64,000 nucleotides of DNA. Origin: Candidatus Omnitrophota bacterium. GTDB lineage: Bacteria; Omnitrophota; Gorgyraeia; Zapsychrales; Zapsychraceae. Positions 21,482-29,606 of the stretch are shown one piece after another. Below the pieces are notes generated by a model that was not told where the DNA came from, made no database searches, and saw only the letters and a list, made by a program, of their open reading frames with translations. The stretch covers positions 13,867 to 77,866 of the forward strand of contig JAJDCA010000044.1 in NCBI GenBank assembly GCA_029261055.1. The letters are read 5' to 3'. The position numbers and the translations under genes were made by a program. Positions within the stretch are counted from its first letter, which is position 1. Every line of letters starts with the position of its first letter.

Positions 21482-22129
21482 TTGATAAAAAAAGGAGTAG
21501 ATGAGATGGCTAATTTTATTTTTTTAATAGGGGTCGTGTTACTCATGAGTTCTTGCGGGCAGCGCCCTGAAAAGACTCAATATGAAGAGATTGTTATTTC
21601 GCCTGAACAACCTAAAGCAAAAGGATCAACTACGATGACCGATCCGCATGCTTTTATGAAAAAAGAAGTTGCGGCTACGAAAGCCGAACCCTCAATAAGT
21701 TGGCACGCACCAGAAGGTTGGGAAGAAGTGGAGTCATCAGGTTTTCGCTTAACTACTTTTAAAGCTGGCATTGATGAACAAATCATGGAGTGTTCTATTG
21801 TGTCTTTAGGGCCTGCGGCTGGCGATTTAAAGGCAAATGTTCAGCGTTGGATGGGACAGATTGAATTGCCCATGCCGAATGAAAAAATATTTACCTATTT
21901 TATGAAAAATTTAAAAACCACCCCAACACAAGCCGGCAAGCCGGCAACATTAGTTGATTTTACATTGTTGCAATCTTTTAAGAAACCAATGCAGCCTTCA
22001 ATGATGACAGCCATTATTTCTTTAGATGATCAAACCATTTTTGTCAAAATGACAGGGGCAGGTCATGCTATTGATTTTCATCGCGAACTTTTTATTGAAT
22101 TGGTGCAATCAATTCGGGTCAAGAAATAA
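21482..22129 (+). CDS. Hypothetical lipoprotein
   Basis: Signal peptide with lipobox LLMSSCG. No other motifs. Confidence 0.45.
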   Translation: MIKKGVDEMANFIFLIGVVLLMSSCGQRPEKTQYEEIVISPEQPKAKGSTTMTDPHAFMKKEVAATKAEPSISWHAPEGWEEVESSGFRLTTFKAGIDEQIMECSIVSLGPAAGDLKANVQRWMGQIELPMPNEKIFTYFMKNLKTTPTQAGKPATLVDFTLLQSFKKPMQPSMMTAIISLDDQTIFVKMTGAGHAIDFHRELFIELVQSIRVKK

Positions 22130-22154
22130 TTAATCTCGGTACACTTAATTTCTA

Positions 22155-23270
22155 ATGAAACAATTACGCAAAAACCGCATTCTTAAATCATTATCTTCAA
22201 TAAAAATCACAGTTATTTGTTTATCTTTATTGTTTATCCTTACATTGTGGGGCACTATTGATCAGGTGAATAATGGTCTTTATTTAGCCCAGGAACGTTT
22301 TTTTAATTCACTGATTTTTTTAATTGGAGGGTATGTTCCATTTCCCGGGGCAAGATTGGTGCTTTGGGTGTTGTTTATTAATTTAGTTTCTGCTTCGATC
22401 ACTCGCCTTGTGTACCGGTGGCGTCAGGCCGGTATCATCCTGATTCATTCGGGGCTTTTATTATTTTTTGTAGCGGCCTTTGTGACATTTCATGGCACTG
22501 AAGAATCACAATTAACTTTGTCGGAAGGCGAAGGACGTAATGTTTCAGCCAATTACAATCAATGGGAATTGTCGGTGTGGGAAATAAAGAAATCCAACAA
22601 AAATGTTTTTGCTTATCCAACAAAGAATTTTTCTGTCGGAGATCGGGTGGAATTTACACCCCATGATTTTTCTGTCAGAATTGATGCGTATTACCCTAAT
22701 AGCGAAGCATTTTTAGCTGGCGAAGGGCAGACGTCTGTTTTGGTGAACCCTTCAAATATTCAAGTGGTAAAACCGATTCCTGTGGACAAAGAACCTGAAA
22801 GAAATGTTCCCGGCGGCATATTCTCAGTGTATGGAACTGATCAAAAAGATTTACGCATTCTTCTTTATGGTGGCGAAAATGTACCTGCCATCATTACAAA
22901 AAATAATAAGACGTATGCTATGCAGTTGCGTCATAAACGACATGTGCTGCCATTTATTTTGAAACTCAAAGATTTTCGCATGGAGGTCCACCCAAATACA
23001 GAGATGGCACGCAGCTATGAAAGCTTAGTTGAAGTCATTTCAAATGACACAAGCCGTGAAGTCTTGATTTCCATGAATGAACCTTTACGGTACAAAGATT
23101 TTACCTTTTATCAAGCCTCGTACGCGATGGATCAATTTGGCCGGGAACTCTCAACACTTGCCGTGGTCAAAAATTCCGGACGTTTATTACCCTATGTGGC
23201 CAGTTTAGCCACCTTTGCAGGATTATTACTTCATTTAATTCTCATGGCGTTTGGAGGGAAGAAAAGATGA
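22155..23270 (+). CDS. resB: Cytochrome c biogenesis protein ResB/Ccs1 (system II)
   Basis: N-terminal TM helices, a large periplasmic domain and a C-terminal TM. Sits directly upstream of ccsA. The architecture fits Ccs1/ResB, but 371 aa is short for the family. Confidence 0.7.
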   Translation: MKQLRKNRILKSLSSIKITVICLSLLFILTLWGTIDQVNNGLYLAQERFFNSLIFLIGGYVPFPGARLVLWVLFINLVSASITRLVYRWRQAGIILIHSGLLLFFVAAFVTFHGTEESQLTLSEGEGRNVSANYNQWELSVWEIKKSNKNVFAYPTKNFSVGDRVEFTPHDFSVRIDAYYPNSEAFLAGEGQTSVLVNPSNIQVVKPIPVDKEPERNVPGGIFSVYGTDQKDLRILLYGGENVPAIITKNNKTYAMQLRHKRHVLPFILKLKDFRMEVHPNTEMARSYESLVEVISNDTSREVLISMNEPLRYKDFTFYQASYAMDQFGRELSTLAVVKNSGRLLPYVASLATFAGLLLHLILMAFGGKKR

Positions 23271-23284
23271 AATTTAATTTATTA

Positions 23285-23358
23285 GGGCATGATAAATCAT
23301 GCCCGTACAACGGTAGGGGCATGACCTGCCTGCCGGTAGGCAAGGTTCATCATGCCCG
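23285..23358. repeat. REP-like stacked palindromic element, copy 1 (GGGCATGA-TAAA-TCATGCCC + GTACAACG + GGGCATGA...TCATGCCC)
   Basis: Perfect 8-bp-arm palindrome plus a second nested palindrome. 28 bp are identical to the element at 39424. Lies across the putative ccsA start. Confidence 0.6.
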
Positions 23359-25216
23359 ATATTTGCTTCTCCTTGTATTTTGTTTTAATTTTGGGGGAAT
23401 GTCCGCATCTGCTCAATCCACTGTTAATCTCGATACTTTCAAAAACATCCCTATTTTAGATGAAGGCCGGGTTAAACCTTTGGATACCTACGCGCAAAAT
23501 CTTCTCTTGCGGTTTTCTGGCCGACGCAGCTTTGATCGTAAACCGGCTATTGAATGGCTGGCGCGTCTTTTGCTTGATTCGGATAGTGTAAGGGATGACA
23601 AAATTTTTATGATTAATTCGTTGGATATTCCCATGGCCTTGAAAATTGAACCGGCAAAAAAACGCCGGTACAGTTATGCGCAAATTGAGCCGGAATTTGT
23701 AAAAATTATTCAGCTGGCGGAAGTCGCTGAAACAATCGCGGAAAAAGAACGCTCTATTGTGGAGCAAGAAGTTTTACGTCTGTATTACAATATGATGCAA
23801 TATGCAAAATTAACCCAGGCATTGTCATTTGCCAGGCCGCATGACGATTTTCATGTGCATGACGCAGCATTGCGTAAAAAAATTCATTTGCCTGCAGAGC
23901 AAACCAAATTTAGCTTTTGGGATATTGTTACACGCTCTGAACATCTCTACGCTTTAACGGAAAAATTAGAAGACACAACGCCGGAGTTTTGGTCAGAGGG
24001 GGATAAGGCCTTGATGGGGCTGGTTTCAAATTTGTATCAATGGTCTCTGCTGTACCACAAAATTCCTTTTGCGGTTGTTCCTACGGATATTGCGGAGGAT
24101 GAAACCTGGTTAAGCCCTTGGGATATTTTACGTGAGAATTTTCACAATGAAATAATCCGAAAAGAAATTGGTTTGTTGCATACCATTGCGGTAGGGTATC
24201 GCACAAAAGATCAGAAAATGTTTGATGCGGCCGCCAAAGCCTTTACGGATTCACTTGCGGGACGTGTCATTAAAAAGCAAAGAAAAAATATTGAAAAAAT
24301 CCCTCTTGAATTGCAATACAATAAAAGGCATTTCTTTTTATGGGCTAAATTATTGTATGGATTGGCATTTTTCCTATTTCTTTTTTCATTTTTTAAGTCG
24401 ACACCAATTCTTCGTGCGGCCTCTCTTTGGATTATTGGCGTAGGGTTTGCTTCGCAGCTGACTGGGGTTATCATGCGATGTATTATTATGTCCCGACCGC
24501 CGGTAACGAATCTTTATGAGACATTTGTGTTTGTAGGTTTAATTTGTGTTCTTCTTGGTGTTATTGTGGAATTAGTTAATAAACGATGGCTTGGAATCAT
24601 GGTCGCTAGTCTTTTAGGCCTGCTATTTCTCATGATTTCTGCGAAATTTAGCGCAGAAGGGGATACCATGCGAATGATGGTGGCCGTGTTGGATTCCAAT
24701 TTTTGGTTGGCTACCCATGTTGTCACCATTACAATCGGGTATGCCGGATGTTCCGTGGCGGGTTTAATAGGGCATATGTATTTAATCCAGCGCATGATGC
24801 CATCATGCAATGCGCAAACCTTGCAATCGACCTACCGTAATCTTTTGGGCACGTTAATTTTTGGACTGGCCACGACATTTTTGGGAACTTTTCTTGGAGG
24901 CATTTGGGCGGATCAATCGTGGGGTCGTTTTTGGGGATGGGATCCCAAAGAGAATGGAGCCTTATTGATTGTTTTGTGGTGTAGTATTATTCTTCATGCC
25001 AAAGTTGGGCGTCTCATCGGACAAAAGGGAGTGGCCATTTTTAGCGCCTTAGGTCTGATCGTAGTCATGTGGGCCTGGTTTGGGGTTAATCTTTTGAACG
25101 TTGGCTTGCATTCCTACGGATTTACATCAGGTATTGCGACAGGCCTGATTGTGTATGTCATTGCTGAAATTATTTTTCTTACATTTAGTGGGTTCTATCT
25201 TAGAAAAAAGACATAA
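23321..25216 (+). CDS. ccsA: Cytochrome c-type biogenesis protein CcsA/ResC (haem exporter/lyase, system II)
   Basis: WGRFWGWDPKENGAL is the WWD haem-handling motif, with multiple TM helices. Start is uncertain. The ATG at 23321 gives a plausible signal-like N-terminus. Track ORF start 23267 would read through a REP-like palindrome. Confidence 0.8.
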   Translation: MTCLPVGKVHHARYLLLLVFCFNFGGMSASAQSTVNLDTFKNIPILDEGRVKPLDTYAQNLLLRFSGRRSFDRKPAIEWLARLLLDSDSVRDDKIFMINSLDIPMALKIEPAKKRRYSYAQIEPEFVKIIQLAEVAETIAEKERSIVEQEVLRLYYNMMQYAKLTQALSFARPHDDFHVHDAALRKKIHLPAEQTKFSFWDIVTRSEHLYALTEKLEDTTPEFWSEGDKALMGLVSNLYQWSLLYHKIPFAVVPTDIAEDETWLSPWDILRENFHNEIIRKEIGLLHTIAVGYRTKDQKMFDAAAKAFTDSLAGRVIKKQRKNIEKIPLELQYNKRHFFLWAKLLYGLAFFLFLFSFFKSTPILRAASLWIIGVGFASQLTGVIMRCIIMSRPPVTNLYETFVFVGLICVLLGVIVELVNKRWLGIMVASLLGLLFLMISAKFSAEGDTMRMMVAVLDSNFWLATHVVTITIGYAGCSVAGLIGHMYLIQRMMPSCNAQTLQSTYRNLLGTLIFGLATTFLGTFLGGIWADQSWGRFWGWDPKENGALLIVLWCSIILHAKVGRLIGQKGVAIFSALGLIVVMWAWFGVNLLNVGLHSYGFTSGIATGLIVYVIAEIIFLTFSGFYLRKKT

Positions 25217-25252
25217 CTTTATCATTGTTAATATTAAAACGGAGAAAATAAA

Positions 25253-25417
25253 ATGTTTAAATTAGGTTTCCCGGAATTGATTATTGTTTTTTTGGCTGTG
25301 CTTTTGTTGTTTGGAGCTAAGGCTTTGCCGGAGATTGCCCGTGGATTAGCCAAAGGCATTCGAGGTTTTAAAAAAGGGATGCAGGATATTGTTGAAGATG
25401 AAAAGGATAAAAGTTAG
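25253..25417 (+). CDS. tatA: Sec-independent protein translocase subunit TatA/E
   Basis: 54 aa: MFKLGFPELIIVFLAVLLLFGAKALPEIARGLAKGIRGFKKG is the canonical TatA TM plus amphipathic helix. Missing from the ORF track because it is under 60 aa. I translated it by hand. Confidence 0.8.
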   Translation: MFKLGFPELIIVFLAVLLLFGAKALPEIARGLAKGIRGFKKGMQDIVEDEKDKS

Positions 25418-25419
25418 TC

Positions 25420-26625
25420 ATGGTTTCTGTGCAAGAAGCAGAATTAATTATTTCTCAAAATCTTGAAATTTCTCCAGCCATCAGAGTTCCTTTGAGTGAA
25501 GCCTTTGGATGTATTTTACGACAAGATATTGCCGCTGATCGCGATGTGCCGCCATTCCACAGGGTTGCAATGGATGGGATAGCGATCCTTTTTTCATCTT
25601 GGCAGGATGGGAATTTAAATTTTGTTATCGAAGGTATTCAGAAAGCCGGGAGTCCTGTCCTCACCTTGAAAGATCCAAAAAATTGCTTTGAGGTAACGAC
25701 CGGTGCCATGCTACCCAATGGGTGTGACTGTGTAATCCCTGTTGAAAATATTATTATTGAAGGCGATGTGGCAAAGTTGCGTGAGGGATTTAAATTATCT
25801 CCTATGCAAAATGTTCACAGGAAAGGTTCCGATAATAAGGAAGGAGATGTTCTTCTTTCCAAAGGAGCCGTTCTTTTATCACCACAAATTGCAGCGGCAG
25901 CTTCCGTTGGTCAGCAAAACATTCAAGTTTCCCAATCTCCTAAAATTGCCGTGGTAGGGACAGGTGATGAATTGGTCGATATTAATGAAATGCCGGCGCC
26001 CTATCAAATTCGTCAATCCAATGCATATGCCATCCAATCAGCTCTTATCTTACGGGGATTTCGTCATGTTCATCGATTTCATATTAAGGATGATGAAAAA
26101 GAATTGCATGACGGCTTACATAAAATGCTTGAAGATTTTGATTTTGTGATTTTAAGCGGTGGGGTCTCCATGGGAAAATTTGACTTTGTTCCGCAGGTGT
26201 TAAACGAACTTGGCGTAAAAGTTTTATTTCATAAAGTTAAGCAACGTCCAGGAAAACCTTTTTGGTTTGGTAAAAATATTGAAGGGAAATTAGTTTTTGC
26301 GCTGCCAGGAAATCCTGTTTCGACACAAATTTGTTTTTATCGATATGTCATGCCTCATTTAATCAAATCTTTAGGTATCCCAGAACATCATAAAGAATAT
26401 GCCATCTTAGCCACTGATGTTGAAATTAAAACATCTCTTAGGTATTTTCAATCCGTTAAAATTCAGCACACTCACGACGGCCGCATAATGGCTGAACCGG
26501 TTTACCTTAATGGTTCCGGGGACTATGCTTCTTTAGCGAGGAGTGATGGTTTTGTTGAGTTGGAAGAGTCTACTCACCATTTTCCCAAAGGGACAATAGC
26601 CCCTTTGTACCGCTGGAAAATCTAA
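25420..26625 (+). CDS. moeA: Molybdopterin molybdotransferase
   Basis: 401 aa. MoeA N-terminal region plus the MoCF-biosynthesis domain (ILSGGVSMGKFD) and GNP motif (LPGNPVS). Confidence 0.85.
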   Translation: MVSVQEAELIISQNLEISPAIRVPLSEAFGCILRQDIAADRDVPPFHRVAMDGIAILFSSWQDGNLNFVIEGIQKAGSPVLTLKDPKNCFEVTTGAMLPNGCDCVIPVENIIIEGDVAKLREGFKLSPMQNVHRKGSDNKEGDVLLSKGAVLLSPQIAAAASVGQQNIQVSQSPKIAVVGTGDELVDINEMPAPYQIRQSNAYAIQSALILRGFRHVHRFHIKDDEKELHDGLHKMLEDFDFVILSGGVSMGKFDFVPQVLNELGVKVLFHKVKQRPGKPFWFGKNIEGKLVFALPGNPVSTQICFYRYVMPHLIKSLGIPEHHKEYAILATDVEIKTSLRYFQSVKIQHTHDGRIMAEPVYLNGSGDYASLARSDGFVELEESTHHFPKGTIAPLYRWKI

Positions 26626-26673
26626 CATCGATCGCTGTTAATGCTAATCAAGAAAATTTTTCAAAAGAAGAAA

Positions 26674-27582
26674 TTATGCGTTAGACTTCTTTAGCATCAT
26701 TTCATAAAAAGTTTTTGTGGATTTTGTGAAGGTTTTACCTTTAGGATGGAGAATACCGAGAGGTCTTGTTAAGGTCAAATCTTTAACAGGAATAATTTCT
26801 AAAGTTTTGTTTTTTAATTCTTGAATAATTGTATTCCGTGGCACAATTCCACATCCCATTCCCAATTCAACCGCACTTTTTAAAGTTTCAATATTGTCAT
26901 ATTCATGTATTACATTTGGATAAGTTTTTTTAGTCCTAAATAATTCATGAATGACCTTCCCAGTCGGTGTACTTAAGGCAAAATTAATAAACCGTATTTG
27001 ATTAAGATCTTTTAGGGAAATACTTCTTTTAGATATGATCGGTCGTTCAGGAGATTGGACAAGTACTAATTTATTTGTATCAAAAGTTCTAGATATGAGG
27101 CTCGCTGATTTTTTGGGAAAGGCAACTAGGCCAAAATCAATACTCCTATTTAAAATCATTTCATAAATAGTATTATTGGGATGGTATTCCAAATGGATAT
27201 TGACTTTCGGATATTTTCGCAAAAATCGCCGTACAATGGGTTGTAATTCATGTAAACCAATAGAATAAATCGTGGCAATATGAATAGTTCCGTTAAAATG
27301 GTTAACTGTTTCTTGCATCCGCATTTTTGCTTCCGCATACTGCTTAAGAATGTCTTCAGCATAGGTTAAGAAAATACGACCGGCAGGGGTAAGAGAGATT
27401 CGTTTACCTTGACGCTCAAAAAGAGAGAGCCCAAATTTCTTTTCTAAAATGCGAATATGCTGCGAAACAGCCGGCTGCGTAATAAAGTTTCGTTCGGCTG
27501 TAATACGAAATGACCCAGTCTTAGCAACGGAAACAAAGCTTTTAATAAAGAATAAATCAACCATAATTAGAAATAATACCAT
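26674..27582 (-). CDS. LysR-family transcriptional regulator
   Basis: N-terminal HTH (FITQPAVSQHIRILEKKFGLSLFER) and a LysR substrate-binding domain. Transcribed divergently from the molybdoenzyme operon that starts at 27716. Confidence 0.85.
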   Translation of the reverse strand: MVLFLIMVDLFFIKSFVSVAKTGSFRITAERNFITQPAVSQHIRILEKKFGLSLFERQGKRISLTPAGRIFLTYAEDILKQYAEAKMRMQETVNHFNGTIHIATIYSIGLHELQPIVRRFLRKYPKVNIHLEYHPNNTIYEMILNRSIDFGLVAFPKKSASLISRTFDTNKLVLVQSPERPIISKRSISLKDLNQIRFINFALSTPTGKVIHELFRTKKTYPNVIHEYDNIETLKSAVELGMGCGIVPRNTIIQELKNKTLEIIPVKDLTLTRPLGILHPKGKTFTKSTKTFYEMMLKKSNA

Positions 27583-27715
27583 AAGGGTAACCCATTAGCA
27601 ATGCTTATTAGAACTATTAGATATAAACCGTATGGTTATTTAAAAATTTCATTAGAATAAAAATATATTAAATATTAAATATGGTTCCCAATCCAATAAA
27701 AAAAAGGGGGGCTTT

Positions 27716-28462
27716 ATGAGTAATGATCAGGAAAAACAGCAAAAAGCACGCCGGGGGTTTTTAAAGAAGTCAGCTATGGCTGTGGCAGGGGCCGCAACTA
27801 TGGCAACCTTGGGTGGTGTTGCAACAGCCATCACAGAACCAAAGAAAACAAAAAAGCGGTTAGCCATGCTCATTGATTTAAGGCGCTGCATCGGTTGCGA
27901 TACGTGCTCCGTGTCGTGTAAATCAGAATCCAATGTTAGACTTGGCGCATTTCGATCCCATGTGAATAAAGTAGAAAAAGGGACCTACCCGAATGTAAAA
28001 AGATTTTTCCTGCCAAGGATGTGTAATCACTGCGACAATTCTACTTGTTCTCTTGTCTGCCCTACAAGCGCGACTTATAAGAGAGAAGACGGTGTCGTGA
28101 TGATCGATAAAGACAAGTGCATAGGTTGTCGTGCATGTATAAATTCTTGCCCGTACGGTGCGAGATATTTTAATTGGAGCGATGACAAGTCCGGCAGTAA
28201 ATCACGAACACATGGTACGGTGGATAAATGTGATATGTGTGTTCATAGAGTGGACAAAGGAATCGTACCTTCATGTGTCAATTCTTGCCCAGAAAATGCT
28301 CGTATCTTTGGGGACATGAATGACCCTAATAGTGAAATCAGTCAAGCTCTTGCCAAAAATGCAGTGGATACATTGCTTCCGGACAAAGGGACAAAGCCAC
28401 ATGTTTTTTATATCGGCCTAGAATCGGATGCTGTTAAAGATCTCTTGAAAGGGGGGCGATAA
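27716..28462 (+). CDS. Periplasmic 4x[4Fe-4S] electron-transfer subunit of a complex iron-sulfur molybdoenzyme (TtrB/PsrB/DmsB-like), TAT-exported
   Basis: Twin-arginine signal (ARRGFLKKSAMAVAGAA). Four Cys clusters (CIGCDTCSVSC, CNHCDNSTCSLVCP, CIGCRACINSCP, CDMCVHR ... CVNSCP). Confidence 0.8.
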   Translation: MSNDQEKQQKARRGFLKKSAMAVAGAATMATLGGVATAITEPKKTKKRLAMLIDLRRCIGCDTCSVSCKSESNVRLGAFRSHVNKVEKGTYPNVKRFFLPRMCNHCDNSTCSLVCPTSATYKREDGVVMIDKDKCIGCRACINSCPYGARYFNWSDDKSGSKSRTHGTVDKCDMCVHRVDKGIVPSCVNSCPENARIFGDMNDPNSEISQALAKNAVDTLLPDKGTKPHVFYIGLESDAVKDLLKGGR

Positions 28463-28463
28463 A

Positions 28464-29594
28464 ATGAAAAAAATCTGGTTAGCTGTACTTTCAATCTTGA
28501 TTGTTGTCGGGTTTATTAAAATGGGACACCTGTTAAGTGTCGGTCAAATCACGACCAATGCCAATGATAAAATACCGTGGGGCCTTGATGCGGTTGTTTA
28601 TATGTTTACGGCTGGTCTAGGTGCGGCTGCATTTATCATGGCCACACTGAGCTTATTTGGTATTAATACATTTAAGCCGATCGCCAAGGTCGCCCTTATT
28701 CTTTCTATTGTTTTAGTAGGTATTGCTCCGGTTAATCTGCTTTTAGGCATGGGGCATCCAGGTAAATTTTGGATGATTTTTCTTACACCCAATTTTACCT
28801 CAATCATTGTCCTAGGCGCCTATTTATTACTTGCTTTCACAATAGTGAGTTGTCTATTTGCTTATTTCACTCTACGCCGAGATATGCCGGGAAAATCTTT
28901 ATCACCGGCGGAAATAGCAGGAGACGATAAAAAAATTAAAATTCTGGGTTTAATCGGCCTTCCGATTGCTTTATTTGTTATTGGGTATACCGGCGTATTA
29001 CTTGGGTTATCCCGAGCACGAATTCTTTGGTCAACATCGTTGATGCCGGTTATTTTCTTTGTATCATCGATCATTTCTGCCATCGCATTGCTTATCATTA
29101 TTTCAAAAATTCTTCAAACAAAATGTGGTTTTGATATCAAAGAAACTTTATTTGATCATCTTGGCAAATTAATGCTTGCCGGCATATTGTTTGACGTGCT
29201 TTTTTTGTCAGGAGAAATATTGACTGGGATTTATGGGCGATCCGGCGATCATTATGAAGCCTGGTCTGTTTTATTATTCGGTCAACATGCTTTAAACTTT
29301 TATCTTTTTCAAATTTTTATCGGGGCCATTATTCCGATTTATCTTTTGCTTAAACAGAAGACTTCGCAAAAGATGGTATTAGCGGCCGTTTGTGCTCTGA
29401 TCGGAGTTTTTGCTATGCGTTACAATGTCATCATCGGTGGACAAGTTGTCCAATCATCAGGTGGTCCTTTAGGTCAATATATTCCGAATCTTGATGAATG
29501 GTTAGTATCCATTGGACTATGGGCCGTAAGCGGGTTGTTACTTACTTTTGCAATCAATCGGCTCCCTTTAAAACCTTCCATGGGGAATAATTAG
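28464..29594 (+). CDS. NrfD/PsrC/TtrC-family polytopic quinol-interacting membrane subunit
   Basis: 376 aa with ~8-9 TM helices. Its position between the FeS and catalytic subunits matches ttrBCA gene order. Confidence 0.75.
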   Translation: MKKIWLAVLSILIVVGFIKMGHLLSVGQITTNANDKIPWGLDAVVYMFTAGLGAAAFIMATLSLFGINTFKPIAKVALILSIVLVGIAPVNLLLGMGHPGKFWMIFLTPNFTSIIVLGAYLLLAFTIVSCLFAYFTLRRDMPGKSLSPAEIAGDDKKIKILGLIGLPIALFVIGYTGVLLGLSRARILWSTSLMPVIFFVSSIISAIALLIIISKILQTKCGFDIKETLFDHLGKLMLAGILFDVLFLSGEILTGIYGRSGDHYEAWSVLLFGQHALNFYLFQIFIGAIIPIYLLLKQKTSQKMVLAAVCALIGVFAMRYNVIIGGQVVQSSGGPLGQYIPNLDEWLVSIGLWAVSGLLLTFAINRLPLKPSMGNN

Positions 29595-29606
29595 GAGAAA
29601 GCACAT

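Noticed and set aside
23267-23320. Track ORF start at 23267 for ccsA
   Set aside because: The first 54 bp plus the next ~40 bp are occupied by the REP-like palindrome, and the N-terminal residues are not CcsA-like. A start at 23321 (or a nearby non-ATG codon) gives a signal-peptide-like N-terminus. Kept as uncertain.
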